Assembly (NCBI GenBank): GCA_028228555.1 | Contig: JAOJBP010000005.1 | Span: forward strand, 20,197-84,196 | Source: Candidatus Thioglobus sp. | Lineage (GTDB): Bacteria > Pseudomonadota > Gammaproteobacteria > PS1 > Pseudothioglobaceae | Direction: 5' to 3' | Length of the DNA stretch: 64,000 bases | Shown: piece after piece, positions 42,194 to 50,992 of the stretch | How positions within the stretch are numbered: position 1 is the stretch's first letter | How the letters are laid out: each line of letters starts with the position of its first letter | Notes under the pieces: model-generated | The model's database searches: none | Told to the model about the DNA's origin: nothing | Seen by the model: only the letters and a program-made list of their open reading frames with translations | Translations under genes and position numbers: made by a program

Positions 42194-43078
42194 ATGACAC
42201 TTGAAAACGCATCACCTTTCTTTGCATGGGATGTTTCATCGTATTTAGCTTTATTTTTAATTGTAGCCTTTGTAGTGGTTAGTTTGGATAACTTATTTTT
42301 TAATAAGACTCCAAATGCAGAACTCTCAACACCTGATAAAACAGGCCTCCCAAAATTAATATATTTTGTCTTATTTTTGAGATTTAATAAAAATGAAAAA
42401 TACATTAACCGCCCAAAAATTGTTCAATGGTCTGCAGAATTTTTCCCAGTATTGCTTTTAGTGTTTGTATTGCGTGGTTTTGTTGTGGAGCCTTTTAGAA
42501 TTCCATCTAATTCTATGATGCCAACTTTGTTAACGGGAGATTTTATTTTGGTATCTAAGTTTGATTACGGCGTTAGCATTCCAGTAATAAATAAAAAAAT
42601 AATTGAATTTAAAAAGCCTGAAAGAGGGGATGTGATTGTTTTTAGGTATCCTAATTATGAGAAAAATGATAAGTATCAAGGTGCTGATTTTATTAAAAGA
42701 ATTGTTGGTATTCCTGGCGATAGCATCGTTCATTATGCAGATCGCTTGTCAATTAATGGCAAGGAGATTGCTTATGAAGATATTGAAGATTACCAGGGTG
42801 TAGAATCTGGTTCAGAGATGACAGGGTTTAAGCGTAAGCGAGAGTTGTTAGGTAATAATCTTCATGACATCTTGCTAGACCCAAATCAAAATTCTCAACG
42901 TGCTAGGGCTGTTGTTCCAGAAGGACATTATTTTGTCATGGGCGATAATCGATCTCGCAGTAGCGATTCTCGTTTTTGGGGTTTTGTGCCAGAAAAATAT
43001 ATCATCGGTAAAGCCTTTGGCATCTGGATGCACTATGATGATTCGCTTAAGCTAGATAGGGTTGGTGGTTTTAATTAA
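42194..43078 (+). CDS. lepB: Signal peptidase I
   Basis: EPFRIPSNSMMPTL, FIKRIVG and MGDNRSRSSDSRFWG motifs. Confidence 0.97.
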   Translation: MTLENASPFFAWDVSSYLALFLIVAFVVVSLDNLFFNKTPNAELSTPDKTGLPKLIYFVLFLRFNKNEKYINRPKIVQWSAEFFPVLLLVFVLRGFVVEPFRIPSNSMMPTLLTGDFILVSKFDYGVSIPVINKKIIEFKKPERGDVIVFRYPNYEKNDKYQGADFIKRIVGIPGDSIVHYADRLSINGKEIAYEDIEDYQGVESGSEMTGFKRKRELLGNNLHDILLDPNQNSQRARAVVPEGHYFVMGDNRSRSSDSRFWGFVPEKYIIGKAFGIWMHYDDSLKLDRVGGFN

Positions 43079-43100
43079 GATAAAACTAAGGTTTAAAGAG

Positions 43101-43949
43101 TTAATTGATATGTTTTAAGATATTACTAAGCTCGTCTTCTGATTTGTAATGGATGATGATTTTGCCTTTGTCACCCGTAGCTTTAATTTCAGTTTTAGAG
43201 TTTAGTGTTTTTGACAAAGCACTAACAAGTTCCGAAATATGCGGCTCAATAGTTGTGATGGATTTTGTTTTTGGATTTAAAACACGTTTAACCAGCTCTT
43301 CTGTTTGACGCACAGATAAAGATTTTGAAATGACTCGATTGGCCACCATTAGCTGATTTTCTTCAGTTAAAGGTAGTAGTGCACGAGCATGGCCCATTTC
43401 TATTTTTCCTTGACCAAGAAGTTTTTTTGATTCTTCACCAAGTTGCAATAAGCGAATCAGATTACTCACACTAGAGCGTGAGCGACCCACTACATTAGAA
43501 ATCTCTTCATGCGTCATCTTAAAATCTTCAATCAGTTGCTGTAAAGCTTTTGCCTCTTCAAGCGGCGTTAGTGATTCACGCTGGATATTTTCAATCAGAC
43601 CAATCGCAAGAGCTACTTGGTCGTTAATTTCACGCACAATTACAGGCACTTCTTTTAGCCCCGCAATTTGAGCAGCATGCCACCGACGCTCACCTGCGAT
43701 AATTTCGTACTTATCATAAGTGATCTTTCTAACAACCAATGGCTGGATAACACCCTGAGAAGTTATTGATGCAGCTAGTTCATTGAGTGTTTCTGTATCT
43801 ATATCATCTCTAGGCTGAAATTTGCCCCGCTGAAGGTTATTAACACTTAGCATTCTCATGCTATTATTCGTTTCTGAATTATCAGTGTTGGTACCAACTT
43901 GTCCTAATAAAATATCTAGTCCGCGACCTAATTTTGAGATTTTTGTCAT
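43101..43949 (-). CDS. parB: Chromosome partitioning protein ParB
   Basis: LGRGLDILL, IAGERRW, IENIQRE, HTH, MGHARALL. Confidence 0.96.
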   Translation of the reverse strand: MTKISKLGRGLDILLGQVGTNTDNSETNNSMRMLSVNNLQRGKFQPRDDIDTETLNELAASITSQGVIQPLVVRKITYDKYEIIAGERRWHAAQIAGLKEVPVIVREINDQVALAIGLIENIQRESLTPLEEAKALQQLIEDFKMTHEEISNVVGRSRSSVSNLIRLLQLGEESKKLLGQGKIEMGHARALLPLTEENQLMVANRVISKSLSVRQTEELVKRVLNPKTKSITTIEPHISELVSALSKTLNSKTEIKATGDKGKIIIHYKSEDELSNILKHIN

Positions 43950-43954
43950 AATAG

Positions 43955-44725
43955 TTAATTCATTGATGTTTTTCTTAGCACTTCACTGGCTAAAGAGATA
44001 TATGAAATTGCACCTTTAGATGATCTGGCGTAGCTAATCGCATCTTGACCAAAACTAGGTGCCTCTGCTAATTTTACATTTCTAGGAACAATAGTTTTAA
44101 AAACTTTGTGTGAGAAATATTGCTGTAATTGTAAAGATACTTCATTTGACAAATTATTTCGATTGTCATACATGGTTCTCACCAATCCAGTAATTTCGAG
44201 CTCTGGATTAGTGGTAGCTTTAATCTTATCAATAGTTTGTATTAGGGCACTCAAGCCTTCTAATGCGTAATATTCGCACTGCATAGGGATGATAATCCCA
44301 TCAGATGCAGTAAAGGCATTAATGGTTAGCATGTTCAAAGAGGGCGGGCAATCGATAATTACATAGTCATATTGACTAGCCACTGAATTAATAGCGTTTT
44401 TAAGCCTATATTCAGAATTCTGTCCACGTAATAGGGCTATTTCTGCCGCAATCAAATCTGTGTTTGAGCCCAATACATCAATACCTGATTCATCAACATG
44501 AACAATGGCTTTGTTAATACTGCATTCATCTAGAAGTAGCTCACAAACCGTATTTTCAAGCGTGTATTTATCCACACCACAACCCATTGTGGCATTGCCT
44601 TGTGGGTCAATATCAATTAATAAAACTCGTTTCTTAACTGCTTTTAATGCAGCACTCAAATTAACAGCTGTTGTCGTCTTACCAACGCCGCCTTTTTGAT
44701 TTGCAATTGAAAGCGTTATCGCCAC
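43955..44725 (-). CDS. parA: Chromosome partitioning ATPase ParA/Soj
   Basis: NQKGGVGKTT, DPQGNAT, DCPPSL, LAEAPSFG; GTG start. Confidence 0.96.
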   Translation of the reverse strand: MAITLSIANQKGGVGKTTTAVNLSAALKAVKKRVLLIDIDPQGNATMGCGVDKYTLENTVCELLLDECSINKAIVHVDESGIDVLGSNTDLIAAEIALLRGQNSEYRLKNAINSVASQYDYVIIDCPPSLNMLTINAFTASDGIIIPMQCEYYALEGLSALIQTIDKIKATTNPELEITGLVRTMYDNRNNLSNEVSLQLQQYFSHKVFKTIVPRNVKLAEAPSFGQDAISYARSSKGAISYISLASEVLRKTSMN

Positions 44726-44728
44726 TAA

Positions 44729-46063
44729 TTACTTTCCTAAAACCGTCAGCGCTTTAAGCAAATTACTAGCCTCATGCACAAAATAATCTTTCTTTAATTT
44801 TTCAATGGTTTTTTTGTCAGCAGTAGCTTGATTTTTTTCTTGCGACTTAACAATCTCAGACTCAGACATTTTGCTTGGATCTTCTTGTTCTAAGCGACCA
44901 CTTAGATCGTTCTCTTTAATATCAACAATTGATTCCTCCTCTTCATTTTCTAAACTGATATTTTTTAGTTTAATATCTGGTTCAATGCCTTTAGCTTGAA
45001 TTGATCGACCGTTAGGTGTGTAATATCGAGCAGTGGTTACTTTAAGGCCATACCCCTTATCTAATTCAATAATAGTCTGAACCGAGCCTTTACCAAAAGA
45101 GGTTTTACCCATAATAATAGCACGCTTATGATCTTGCAAAGCACCTGCAACGATTTCTGATGCAGAAGCCGAGCCTTCATTAATTAACACAACAATTGGA
45201 GAGCCCAGCATAATATCACCAGGCTCGGTTTTAAACTTTAAGTTTGAACTAGGAATTCTACCTTTGGTATAAACCACTAAGCCAACTTCATCAATGAACA
45301 AGTTGGAAACATCAACAGCACCATTTAAAACGCCACCTGGGTTGTTGCGTAGATCAAGAATTAACGACTTAAGATAGCCATCATTTTGATCTACCAAATC
45401 AGCAACTGTTTCTTTAAGAAGATTTGCAGTAGGTCCCTGGAAGCTAGAAACACGCACATAGCCAATATCCTTTTCAAGTAAATAACCTTTGACACTAACA
45501 ATAGTAATAATTTCACGAGTTATATCAACCACGAAAGGTTTTTGATTATTACGCAAAACAGTAATTTGTATATCAGTGCCAGGCTCACCACGCATTAGCT
45601 CCACACCATCTTCTAAGCTCATGCCACGAACTAGCTTCTCACCAATTTTAATAATTATGTCACCAGCCTGAATGCCAGCTTTATAAGCGGGAGTATCGTC
45701 AATAGGAGAGATAACTTGAATGCCATCATCTTTTTTACTAATCACGATGCCTAGACCACCAAATTTTCCCGAAGAGCTTTCCATTAAACTTTTTTGCTCT
45801 TTAGGCTCTAGATAAACAGAATGAGGATCAAGACCGCTAACCATTCCTTTAATAGCATTATCAAACAACTCTTTGTTCTCGACATCATCAACATACAATT
45901 GTTTGATATCACTAAAAACCACAGTAAAGGCTTCAAGATCTGAGAAAAAAGCCTCAACTCTTTGCTCTTCTTCAGTAGTTTTAGCGCTTAAAACAGGCGC
46001 AAAAAATAGCGCAGTAAGTAGTGAAAAAAGTAAGGAAAACCTAGAAAAATTAAATAAAGTCAT
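44729..46063 (-). CDS. ctpA: Carboxy-terminal processing protease (S41A)
   Basis: LDPHS, PDZ GGLG, DLRNNPGG, SASASEIVAGALQD and GKGSVQ motifs. Confidence 0.93.
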   Translation of the reverse strand: MTLFNFSRFSLLFSLLTALFFAPVLSAKTTEEEQRVEAFFSDLEAFTVVFSDIKQLYVDDVENKELFDNAIKGMVSGLDPHSVYLEPKEQKSLMESSSGKFGGLGIVISKKDDGIQVISPIDDTPAYKAGIQAGDIIIKIGEKLVRGMSLEDGVELMRGEPGTDIQITVLRNNQKPFVVDITREIITIVSVKGYLLEKDIGYVRVSSFQGPTANLLKETVADLVDQNDGYLKSLILDLRNNPGGVLNGAVDVSNLFIDEVGLVVYTKGRIPSSNLKFKTEPGDIMLGSPIVVLINEGSASASEIVAGALQDHKRAIIMGKTSFGKGSVQTIIELDKGYGLKVTTARYYTPNGRSIQAKGIEPDIKLKNISLENEEEESIVDIKENDLSGRLEQEDPSKMSESEIVKSQEKNQATADKKTIEKLKKDYFVHEASNLLKALTVLGK

Positions 46064-46103
46064 AATATAGTTATTTACTTATGCGAAGATTAAATATAAT
46101 ACT

Positions 46104-46811
46104 GTGAAAACGAGATACATTTTTTTAATTTTTTGCTTGTTTTTGCCAAATGGAGAAAAAATGAGTAAATTGAATGTCATATTATTAACATTATTATTAT
46201 CTTTATCCACGTTTAGCTTTGCACAAGAAGCTTTGGAAAACATTCAAAATCCAGTAGATACTCAAAATGAAGCTCCTGCTGAAGGATCCGTTTCAGAATC
46301 TCAAAAATCCGCTGGCCCTGTTAAAACAATCCAAACTGCCATTGTTAAATTGAACCAATTAACAACAGTTGTAAATTATTCTCCGCAGCTTGCAAGCACT
46401 TTAATTCAAACTCAAATAGCGCCATTATTTGATTTTGATCATATTGCTAGTGAGATCTTACTAGTAACTAATTTAAATTTAGGCGCTGATGAGCAGTTAT
46501 ATTTTTCCAATAAAATTAAGAAAAACATTATTACTTCATTATTATCAAGATTGACCCAAACTCGATCTACATCTTTCCAATTTATTTCAGCACGACCAGT
46601 TATTGGTGGTTCAATTGCTGTTAAACTTAAAGTTAATGGCTATTATTCATATGGTATGTTTCTAGATATAATCTTCCATCAAACAGCTGATCAAGCTTGG
46701 AAAATCTCAGATATCGTATTAAACAATGATAGTTTAGTGAATTATTATCAAAAAATGGTCTTAATTAAATTAAGAAGATACGGTATGTACGGTATGCTGG
46801 GTCGACTTTAA
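46104..46811 (+). CDS. MlaC/Ttg2D-like periplasmic protein (true start may be ATG 46161)
   Basis: Signal peptide MSKLNVILL...FAQE; LFDFDHIA and WKISDIVLNNDSLVNYY resemble the MlaC family. Confidence 0.6.
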   Translation: MKTRYIFLIFCLFLPNGEKMSKLNVILLTLLLSLSTFSFAQEALENIQNPVDTQNEAPAEGSVSESQKSAGPVKTIQTAIVKLNQLTTVVNYSPQLASTLIQTQIAPLFDFDHIASEILLVTNLNLGADEQLYFSNKIKKNIITSLLSRLTQTRSTSFQFISARPVIGGSIAVKLKVNGYYSYGMFLDIIFHQTADQAWKISDIVLNNDSLVNYYQKMVLIKLRRYGMYGMLGRL

Positions 46812-46843
46812 ATTTACCATTCAAATAACCCCGAGAAGACAAT

Positions 46844-47158
46844 ATGAGTGATATGACATTATTAGAAAAAGATGAAGATATTGAAAAGGCAACTAAAGCT
46901 TTAAAAGCGATGGCTCACCCATTGCGACTAAAGATTTTATGTGCCCTTAAAAATGACGAGCTACCGGTATTAGAAATTGTTCAGCAGGTAGGATCTTCAC
47001 AATCAAATATCTCACAACATATTGATATCCTAAGAACTAAAGGTATTGTTGAGTCAAGGCGCGATGGTAATAAGATTTTATGTAAAGTAAAAGATGCAAA
47101 AATTCTTAAATTAGTGGCTAATATGCAAGCAGTATTTTGTTCATCTGAAGATAATTAA
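46844..47158 (+). CDS. ArsR/SmtB-family repressor, BigR/SqrR-like
   Basis: LKAMAHPLRLKILC, SQSNISQH helix-turn-helix, C-terminal VFC. Confidence 0.85.
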   Translation: MSDMTLLEKDEDIEKATKALKAMAHPLRLKILCALKNDELPVLEIVQQVGSSQSNISQHIDILRTKGIVESRRDGNKILCKVKDAKILKLVANMQAVFCSSEDN

Positions 47159-47183
47159 TTTAATTTTTAGTTTATATATGTTT

Positions 47184-47214
47184 AAAAAAAAACCACCGTA
47201 AGGTGGTTTTTTTT
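47184..47214. terminator. Bidirectional terminator between the ArsR gene and the small-ORF cluster
   Basis: A9-CCACC-GTAA-GGTGG-T8. Confidence 0.9.
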
Positions 47215-47298
47215 AAACTTCTATTTCAAGGCAAATAAATAATTACACTTTAAGGCAACAATCTAGCCTGTGAAATTTTTATAACCCTAAACTATTTG

Positions 47299-47397
47299 CT
47301 ATTTTTTTACTTCTTGAACGGTAATTATTACAGCTATGATAGTAAGTGTAAAGCAAAATAAACCAAAGAAAAATACTACTGAATCTGTACCATTCAT
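47299..47397 (-). CDS. Small membrane protein B2 (32 aa)
   Basis: MNGTDSVVFFFGLFCFTLTIIAVIITVQEVKK*; SD AGGAG inside the upstream gene; paralogue of 47594-47707. Confidence 0.8.
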   Translation of the reverse strand: MNGTDSVVFFFGLFCFTLTIIAVIITVQEVKK

Positions 47398-47399
47398 AG

Positions 47400-47576
47400 T
47401 TAGCCTCTCCTGGTTATTATTTTAAAATAAATAGCAAAAGTTAAAATTGAAGGAATCCAAGTTGCAGTAAACAAGGCTTCTTGTTTTGTATCAGCACCTT
47501 GGAACCAAAGAAAAGCGGTTGTCATAAAAGCAACAGCTACAGCTATCAAGATAAGTACATCTGAGGTTTTAATCAT
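47400..47576 (-). CDS. Small two-TM membrane protein A2 (58 aa)
   Basis: MIKTSDVLILIAVAVAFMTTAFLWFQGADTKQEALFTATWIPSILTFAIYFKIITRRG*; SD AAGGAG. Confidence 0.88.
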   Translation of the reverse strand: MIKTSDVLILIAVAVAFMTTAFLWFQGADTKQEALFTATWIPSILTFAIYFKIITRRG

Positions 47577-47593
47577 AATTACACTCCTTATAG

Positions 47594-47707
47594 CTATTTT
47601 TTCTCTTCTGTCTCGATTTTTTTAAACTCTTGAGCAGTCAAAACAGCAGCAACTATTGTCAGTGAAAAGCAAAAGAAGCCAGCATAAAATATCATTGAGT
47701 TATCCAT
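47594..47707 (-). CDS. Small membrane protein B1 (37 aa)
   Basis: MDNSMIFYAGFFCFSLTIVAAVLTAQEFKKIETEEKK*; starts 2 nt after the A1 stop; SD AGGAAGG. Confidence 0.8.
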   Translation of the reverse strand: MDNSMIFYAGFFCFSLTIVAAVLTAQEFKKIETEEKK

Positions 47708-47709
47708 AA

Positions 47710-47886
47710 TTAATCCTTCCTTGCTATTATTTTAAAATAAATAGCAAAAGTTAAAATTGATGGAATCCAAGTTGCAGTAAACAAAGCTTCTTGCTTTGTA
47801 TCAGCACCTTGGAACCAAAGAAAAGCGGTTGTCATAAAAGCAACTGCTACGGCTATTAAAATAAGTACATCTGACGTTTTAATCAT
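47710..47886 (-). CDS. Small two-TM membrane protein A1 (58 aa)
   Basis: Identical to A2 for 54 aa, ends ARKD*; SD AAGGA. Confidence 0.88.
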   Translation of the reverse strand: MIKTSDVLILIAVAVAFMTTAFLWFQGADTKQEALFTATWIPSILTFAIYFKIIARKD

Positions 47887-47906
47887 AATTACATCCTTTT
47901 TAAAAG

Positions 47907-48110
47907 TTATTCTTCATTCCAAAAAGCCCAAGAACCTATTAGTAAGAAAATTACCGCTACTGAAGCATGCGCTCTTACACTTGATTCATTAGGCAACTCT
48001 ATTAAAAGCGGGAGAACATTAGCCATTCCTAGCAAAAGCCAAATTACTGATAATAATGCTAATAATAGTGCAGCTTTCCCGATTTTTTTTTTCATTCGAC
48101 TTTTCTTCAT
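47907..48110 (-). CDS. Small two-TM membrane protein (67 aa), first gene of the cluster
   Basis: Basic N terminus and two hydrophobic helices; 20 nt upstream of A1. Confidence 0.75.
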   Translation of the reverse strand: MKKSRMKKKIGKAALLLALLSVIWLLLGMANVLPLLIELPNESSVRAHASVAVIFLLIGSWAFWNEE

Positions 48111-48383
48111 ACTTAAATATTTAATTATTCAACAAACAATAAAAAATTAATAATTAAATTTCTATTTTTGAATATACCTGTTTTTTTAATCCTTGTTATA
48201 CAATTTATTTATTTTTGTACAATTTTATTTTAAAAGCAGTTTTAAACAATTAAAGTAACTGCTTAGTCATTACTAATAATATAAGGCCTGTCGAATGTAT
48301 ACTGTCAATAAAAGTGATTGTGAAAATATGTCTAAAGTCAGGCGCTTTAAAATAATTTTAGTTGATGCGGGGTAAGGCTAGTT

Positions 48384-48716
48384 ATGATGATTAATAATTT
48401 TACAATGAGCTTAACAGTGGCGAGTCTTTTCATCTCAACCTCTGTGCTTTCTAATAGCTGGGTGCTTGATAAGAGTAATTTTGAATATACTCAACCCACT
48501 TTGAATAAATGCATTGAGATCATGAAACAAGGTGTTTTAGTGGATTCCGAACCAATTAATAGGAATCAGCCGCTAGTTACCTACATTTATGACAACAACA
48601 TGTACAGTGTTCGTTGGAATAAAATTGATGAAATGCTGGTATGTTATTTCAATGGAAAACTGGTTAACTCTAAAAGTAATGAAGCCCAGAATAGAGATCA
48701 AATACTCCCAAGGTAG
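48384..48716 (+). CDS. Hypothetical secreted protein (110 aa)
   Basis: Signal-like N terminus, two Cys; no family recognised. Confidence 0.6.
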   Translation: MMINNFTMSLTVASLFISTSVLSNSWVLDKSNFEYTQPTLNKCIEIMKQGVLVDSEPINRNQPLVTYIYDNNMYSVRWNKIDEMLVCYFNGKLVNSKSNEAQNRDQILPR

Positions 48717-48879
48717 TTGAATATTGAATACACCTTTTATAGAGATTTTTTAGTACATATTTCGTGCATTAATAGCTATTTTGTGCATATAATTGTAGAG
48801 TAGTAATAACTCAAAACGAATTAATGAAAGCTTTAGAATGCCTTGATACAAAAGACTTTTCCAAGGCGAACCCCTTATT

Positions 48880-48956
48880 GTGCTCGTAGCTCAGCTGGAT
48901 AGAGTGTTGGCCTCCGAAGCCAAATGTCGGGTGTTCGAATCACCTCGAGCACACCA
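48880..48956 (+). tRNA. tRNA-Arg (anticodon CCG)
   Basis: Anticodon arm TTGGC-CTCCGAA-GCCAA; GTTCGAATC; encoded CCA. Confidence 0.97.
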
Positions 48957-48968
48957 TTTTAATAACCT

Positions 48969-49742
48969 ATGACTTACCCCAGTATTAATCCCGTTGCACT
49001 AGACTTAGGTTTTGCTCAAATCTATTGGTATGGATTGATGTATCTCGGCGCTTTTTTAGCGGCTTATTTTTTAGCTAATTATCGTGCCAAACAGGATGAA
49101 AATTGGAGCGCCCAACAAATTGAAGATCTAATTTTTTATGGCGCCATTGGTGTCATTGTTGGTGGACGCTTGGGCTATATGTTGTTTTACAACTTACCTA
49201 ATTTCTTATCTGATCCACTCTCAATCTTTTCCATTCAAGGTGGCGGTATGTCTTTTCATGGTGGATTTTTAGGTGTTTTATTGGCCATGGTTATATTCAA
49301 CCGAAAATACAACAAAAGCTTTTTCTCCACCATGGATTTTGTTGCACCTCTAGTGCCACTCGGGCTGGGTTTTGGACGAATAGGTAATTTTATTAATGGT
49401 GAGCTTTGGGGAAAGGTTACCACCAGTCCATTAGGAATGTACATTCAAGAGCAGGGCATTAGCCGCTATCCATCACAACTATACGAGGCTTTTTTAGAAG
49501 GTTTGGTGCTGTTTATTATTCTTTGGCTTTATAGTAATAAACCTCGCCCTTTAATGTCGGTTTCAGCATTATTCTTAATTTTCTATGGACTCTTTAGATT
49601 TATAATTGAGTTTGTTAGAGTGCCAGATGCGCAATTAGGTTACTTAGCATTTGAGTGGCTAACCATGGGACAATTGTTAAGCCTTCCAATGATAATATTA
49701 GGTTTTTACCTACTTTACAAACCAAACAAGCGACAAGCATGA
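48969..49742 (+). CDS. lgt: Prolipoprotein diacylglyceryl transferase
   Basis: WYGLMY, GGRLGY, GGMSFHGG, GRIGNFINGELWG and RYPSQLYE motifs. Confidence 0.97.
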   Translation: MTYPSINPVALDLGFAQIYWYGLMYLGAFLAAYFLANYRAKQDENWSAQQIEDLIFYGAIGVIVGGRLGYMLFYNLPNFLSDPLSIFSIQGGGMSFHGGFLGVLLAMVIFNRKYNKSFFSTMDFVAPLVPLGLGFGRIGNFINGELWGKVTTSPLGMYIQEQGISRYPSQLYEAFLEGLVLFIILWLYSNKPRPLMSVSALFLIFYGLFRFIIEFVRVPDAQLGYLAFEWLTMGQLLSLPMIILGFYLLYKPNKRQA

Positions 49743-50593
49743 AAGCATACATAGATATTGGAAAACGAATTTTAGACGAGGGTGTGTGGCTGGAAAATGC
49801 ACGTACTGGTCAAAAAACATTAGCCATTGTTGGCGCCACTTTTGAACACGATCTTAGCAATGGTACAGTGCCAGTTGTTACCACCAAAAAACTCTTTTGG
49901 AAATCAGCCATTGCTGAGATGTTGGGCTATATCCGTGGTTACAGCTCTGCAGCTCAATTTAGAGCAATAGGATGTAATACTTGGAATGCTAATGCTAATG
50001 ATAATCAGGCTTGGTTAGATAATCCACATCGAAAAGGTGAGGACGATATGGGTATGTGCTACGGCGTAATTGGGCGAGCATTCCCAGGTATCGAAGATGA
50101 TGAGCCACTAGATCAATATCAAAAAATCGTTACAGATTTATCTCAAGGTATAGATGATAGGCGTGAAATCATGACTTTTAATCACCCAAATCTCATTCAT
50201 AGGGCCTGTTTGCCAGCCTGTATGCACACCCATCATTTTAATTTACTCGGGGATGATTTGTATTTAGAAAGCTATCAGCGTAGCAGCGACTATGCCCTAG
50301 GTCAGCCATTTAATCATTTTCAAGTGGCATTTTTATTATTAATTACCGCACAAATTACTGGCAAAAAAGCCAAGAAAATGCGCCATCATTTATCCAATGT
50401 CCACTTGTATGAAAATCAAGTAGAGATTTTTAAAAACGAGCAAGTAGATCGTGAGCCATTAGCCTTACCAAGCCTGAAGATCAATCCTGAAATTAAAACC
50501 CTGGAAGATTTAGAAACTTGGGTGACCATGGATGATTTTGAATTGGTTGATTATAATCATCATGATCCAGTTAAATACCCATTTACGGTATAA
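49739..50593 (+). CDS. thyA: Thymidylate synthase
   Basis: PVVTTKKL, LPACM, YQRSSD, NVHLYENQ; start reset to the ATG overlapping the lgt stop (ATGA). Confidence 0.95.
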   Translation: MKAYIDIGKRILDEGVWLENARTGQKTLAIVGATFEHDLSNGTVPVVTTKKLFWKSAIAEMLGYIRGYSSAAQFRAIGCNTWNANANDNQAWLDNPHRKGEDDMGMCYGVIGRAFPGIEDDEPLDQYQKIVTDLSQGIDDRREIMTFNHPNLIHRACLPACMHTHHFNLLGDDLYLESYQRSSDYALGQPFNHFQVAFLLLITAQITGKKAKKMRHHLSNVHLYENQVEIFKNEQVDREPLALPSLKINPEIKTLEDLETWVTMDDFELVDYNHHDPVKYPFTV

Positions 50594-50596
50594 CCC

Positions 50597-50926
50597 ATGA
50601 GCTTGCCCAACTGTCCAAAATGTAATTCTGAATATGCTTATGAAGATGGCAATCTATTAGTTTGTCCTGAATGTGCTTATGAATTTTCAGTAGATGATTT
50701 GATTGAGCAAGAAGAGGTGGTTAAAGATTCAAACAATAATATTTTGAATGATGGTGATACAGTGACTGTCATTAAAGATCTTAAGATTAAAGGCACCTCA
50801 AACTCGGTTAAAGTCGGCACCAAGGTTAAGAGTATACGTTTGTGTGATGGTGATCATAATATTGACTGCAAAGTTCCTGGACACGGCGCTATGAAACTTA
50901 AGTCTGAGTTTGTAAAGAAAGTCTAA
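50597..50926 (+). CDS. yjdM: YjdM/PhnA-family zinc-ribbon protein
   Basis: [13 protein letters not shown]...CPEC; [14 protein letters not shown]; HNIDCK. Confidence 0.9.
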   Translation: MSLPNCPKCNSEYAYEDGNLLVCPECAYEFSVDDLIEQEEVVKDSNNNILNDGDTVTVIKDLKIKGTSNSVKVGTKVKSIRLCDGDHNIDCKVPGHGAMKLKSEFVKKV

Positions 50927-50992
50927 TCACTCTAAAAATTTACTAAATTTCACAAATCGACCTTAAAGGCCGGATTAGCTTAAAACTTTATC

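Larger units (their letters stand above)
47415..47893. repeat. Direct repeat of 169 bp x2 (47415-47583 and 47725-47893), period 310 bp
   Basis: Hand alignment shows 8 mismatches, all at third codon positions of the A ORFs. Confidence 0.95.

Noticed and set aside
48758-48788. TATTTCGTGCAT / TATTTTGTGCAT direct repeat upstream of tRNA-Arg
   Set aside because: Short, only two copies, in AT-rich DNA; insufficient support as a binding site.
47160-48960. Integrative island at tRNA-Arg(CCG)
   Set aside because: The accessory DNA is 5' of the tRNA, no duplicated tRNA 3' end and no integrase are present, and lgt follows 12 nt downstream.
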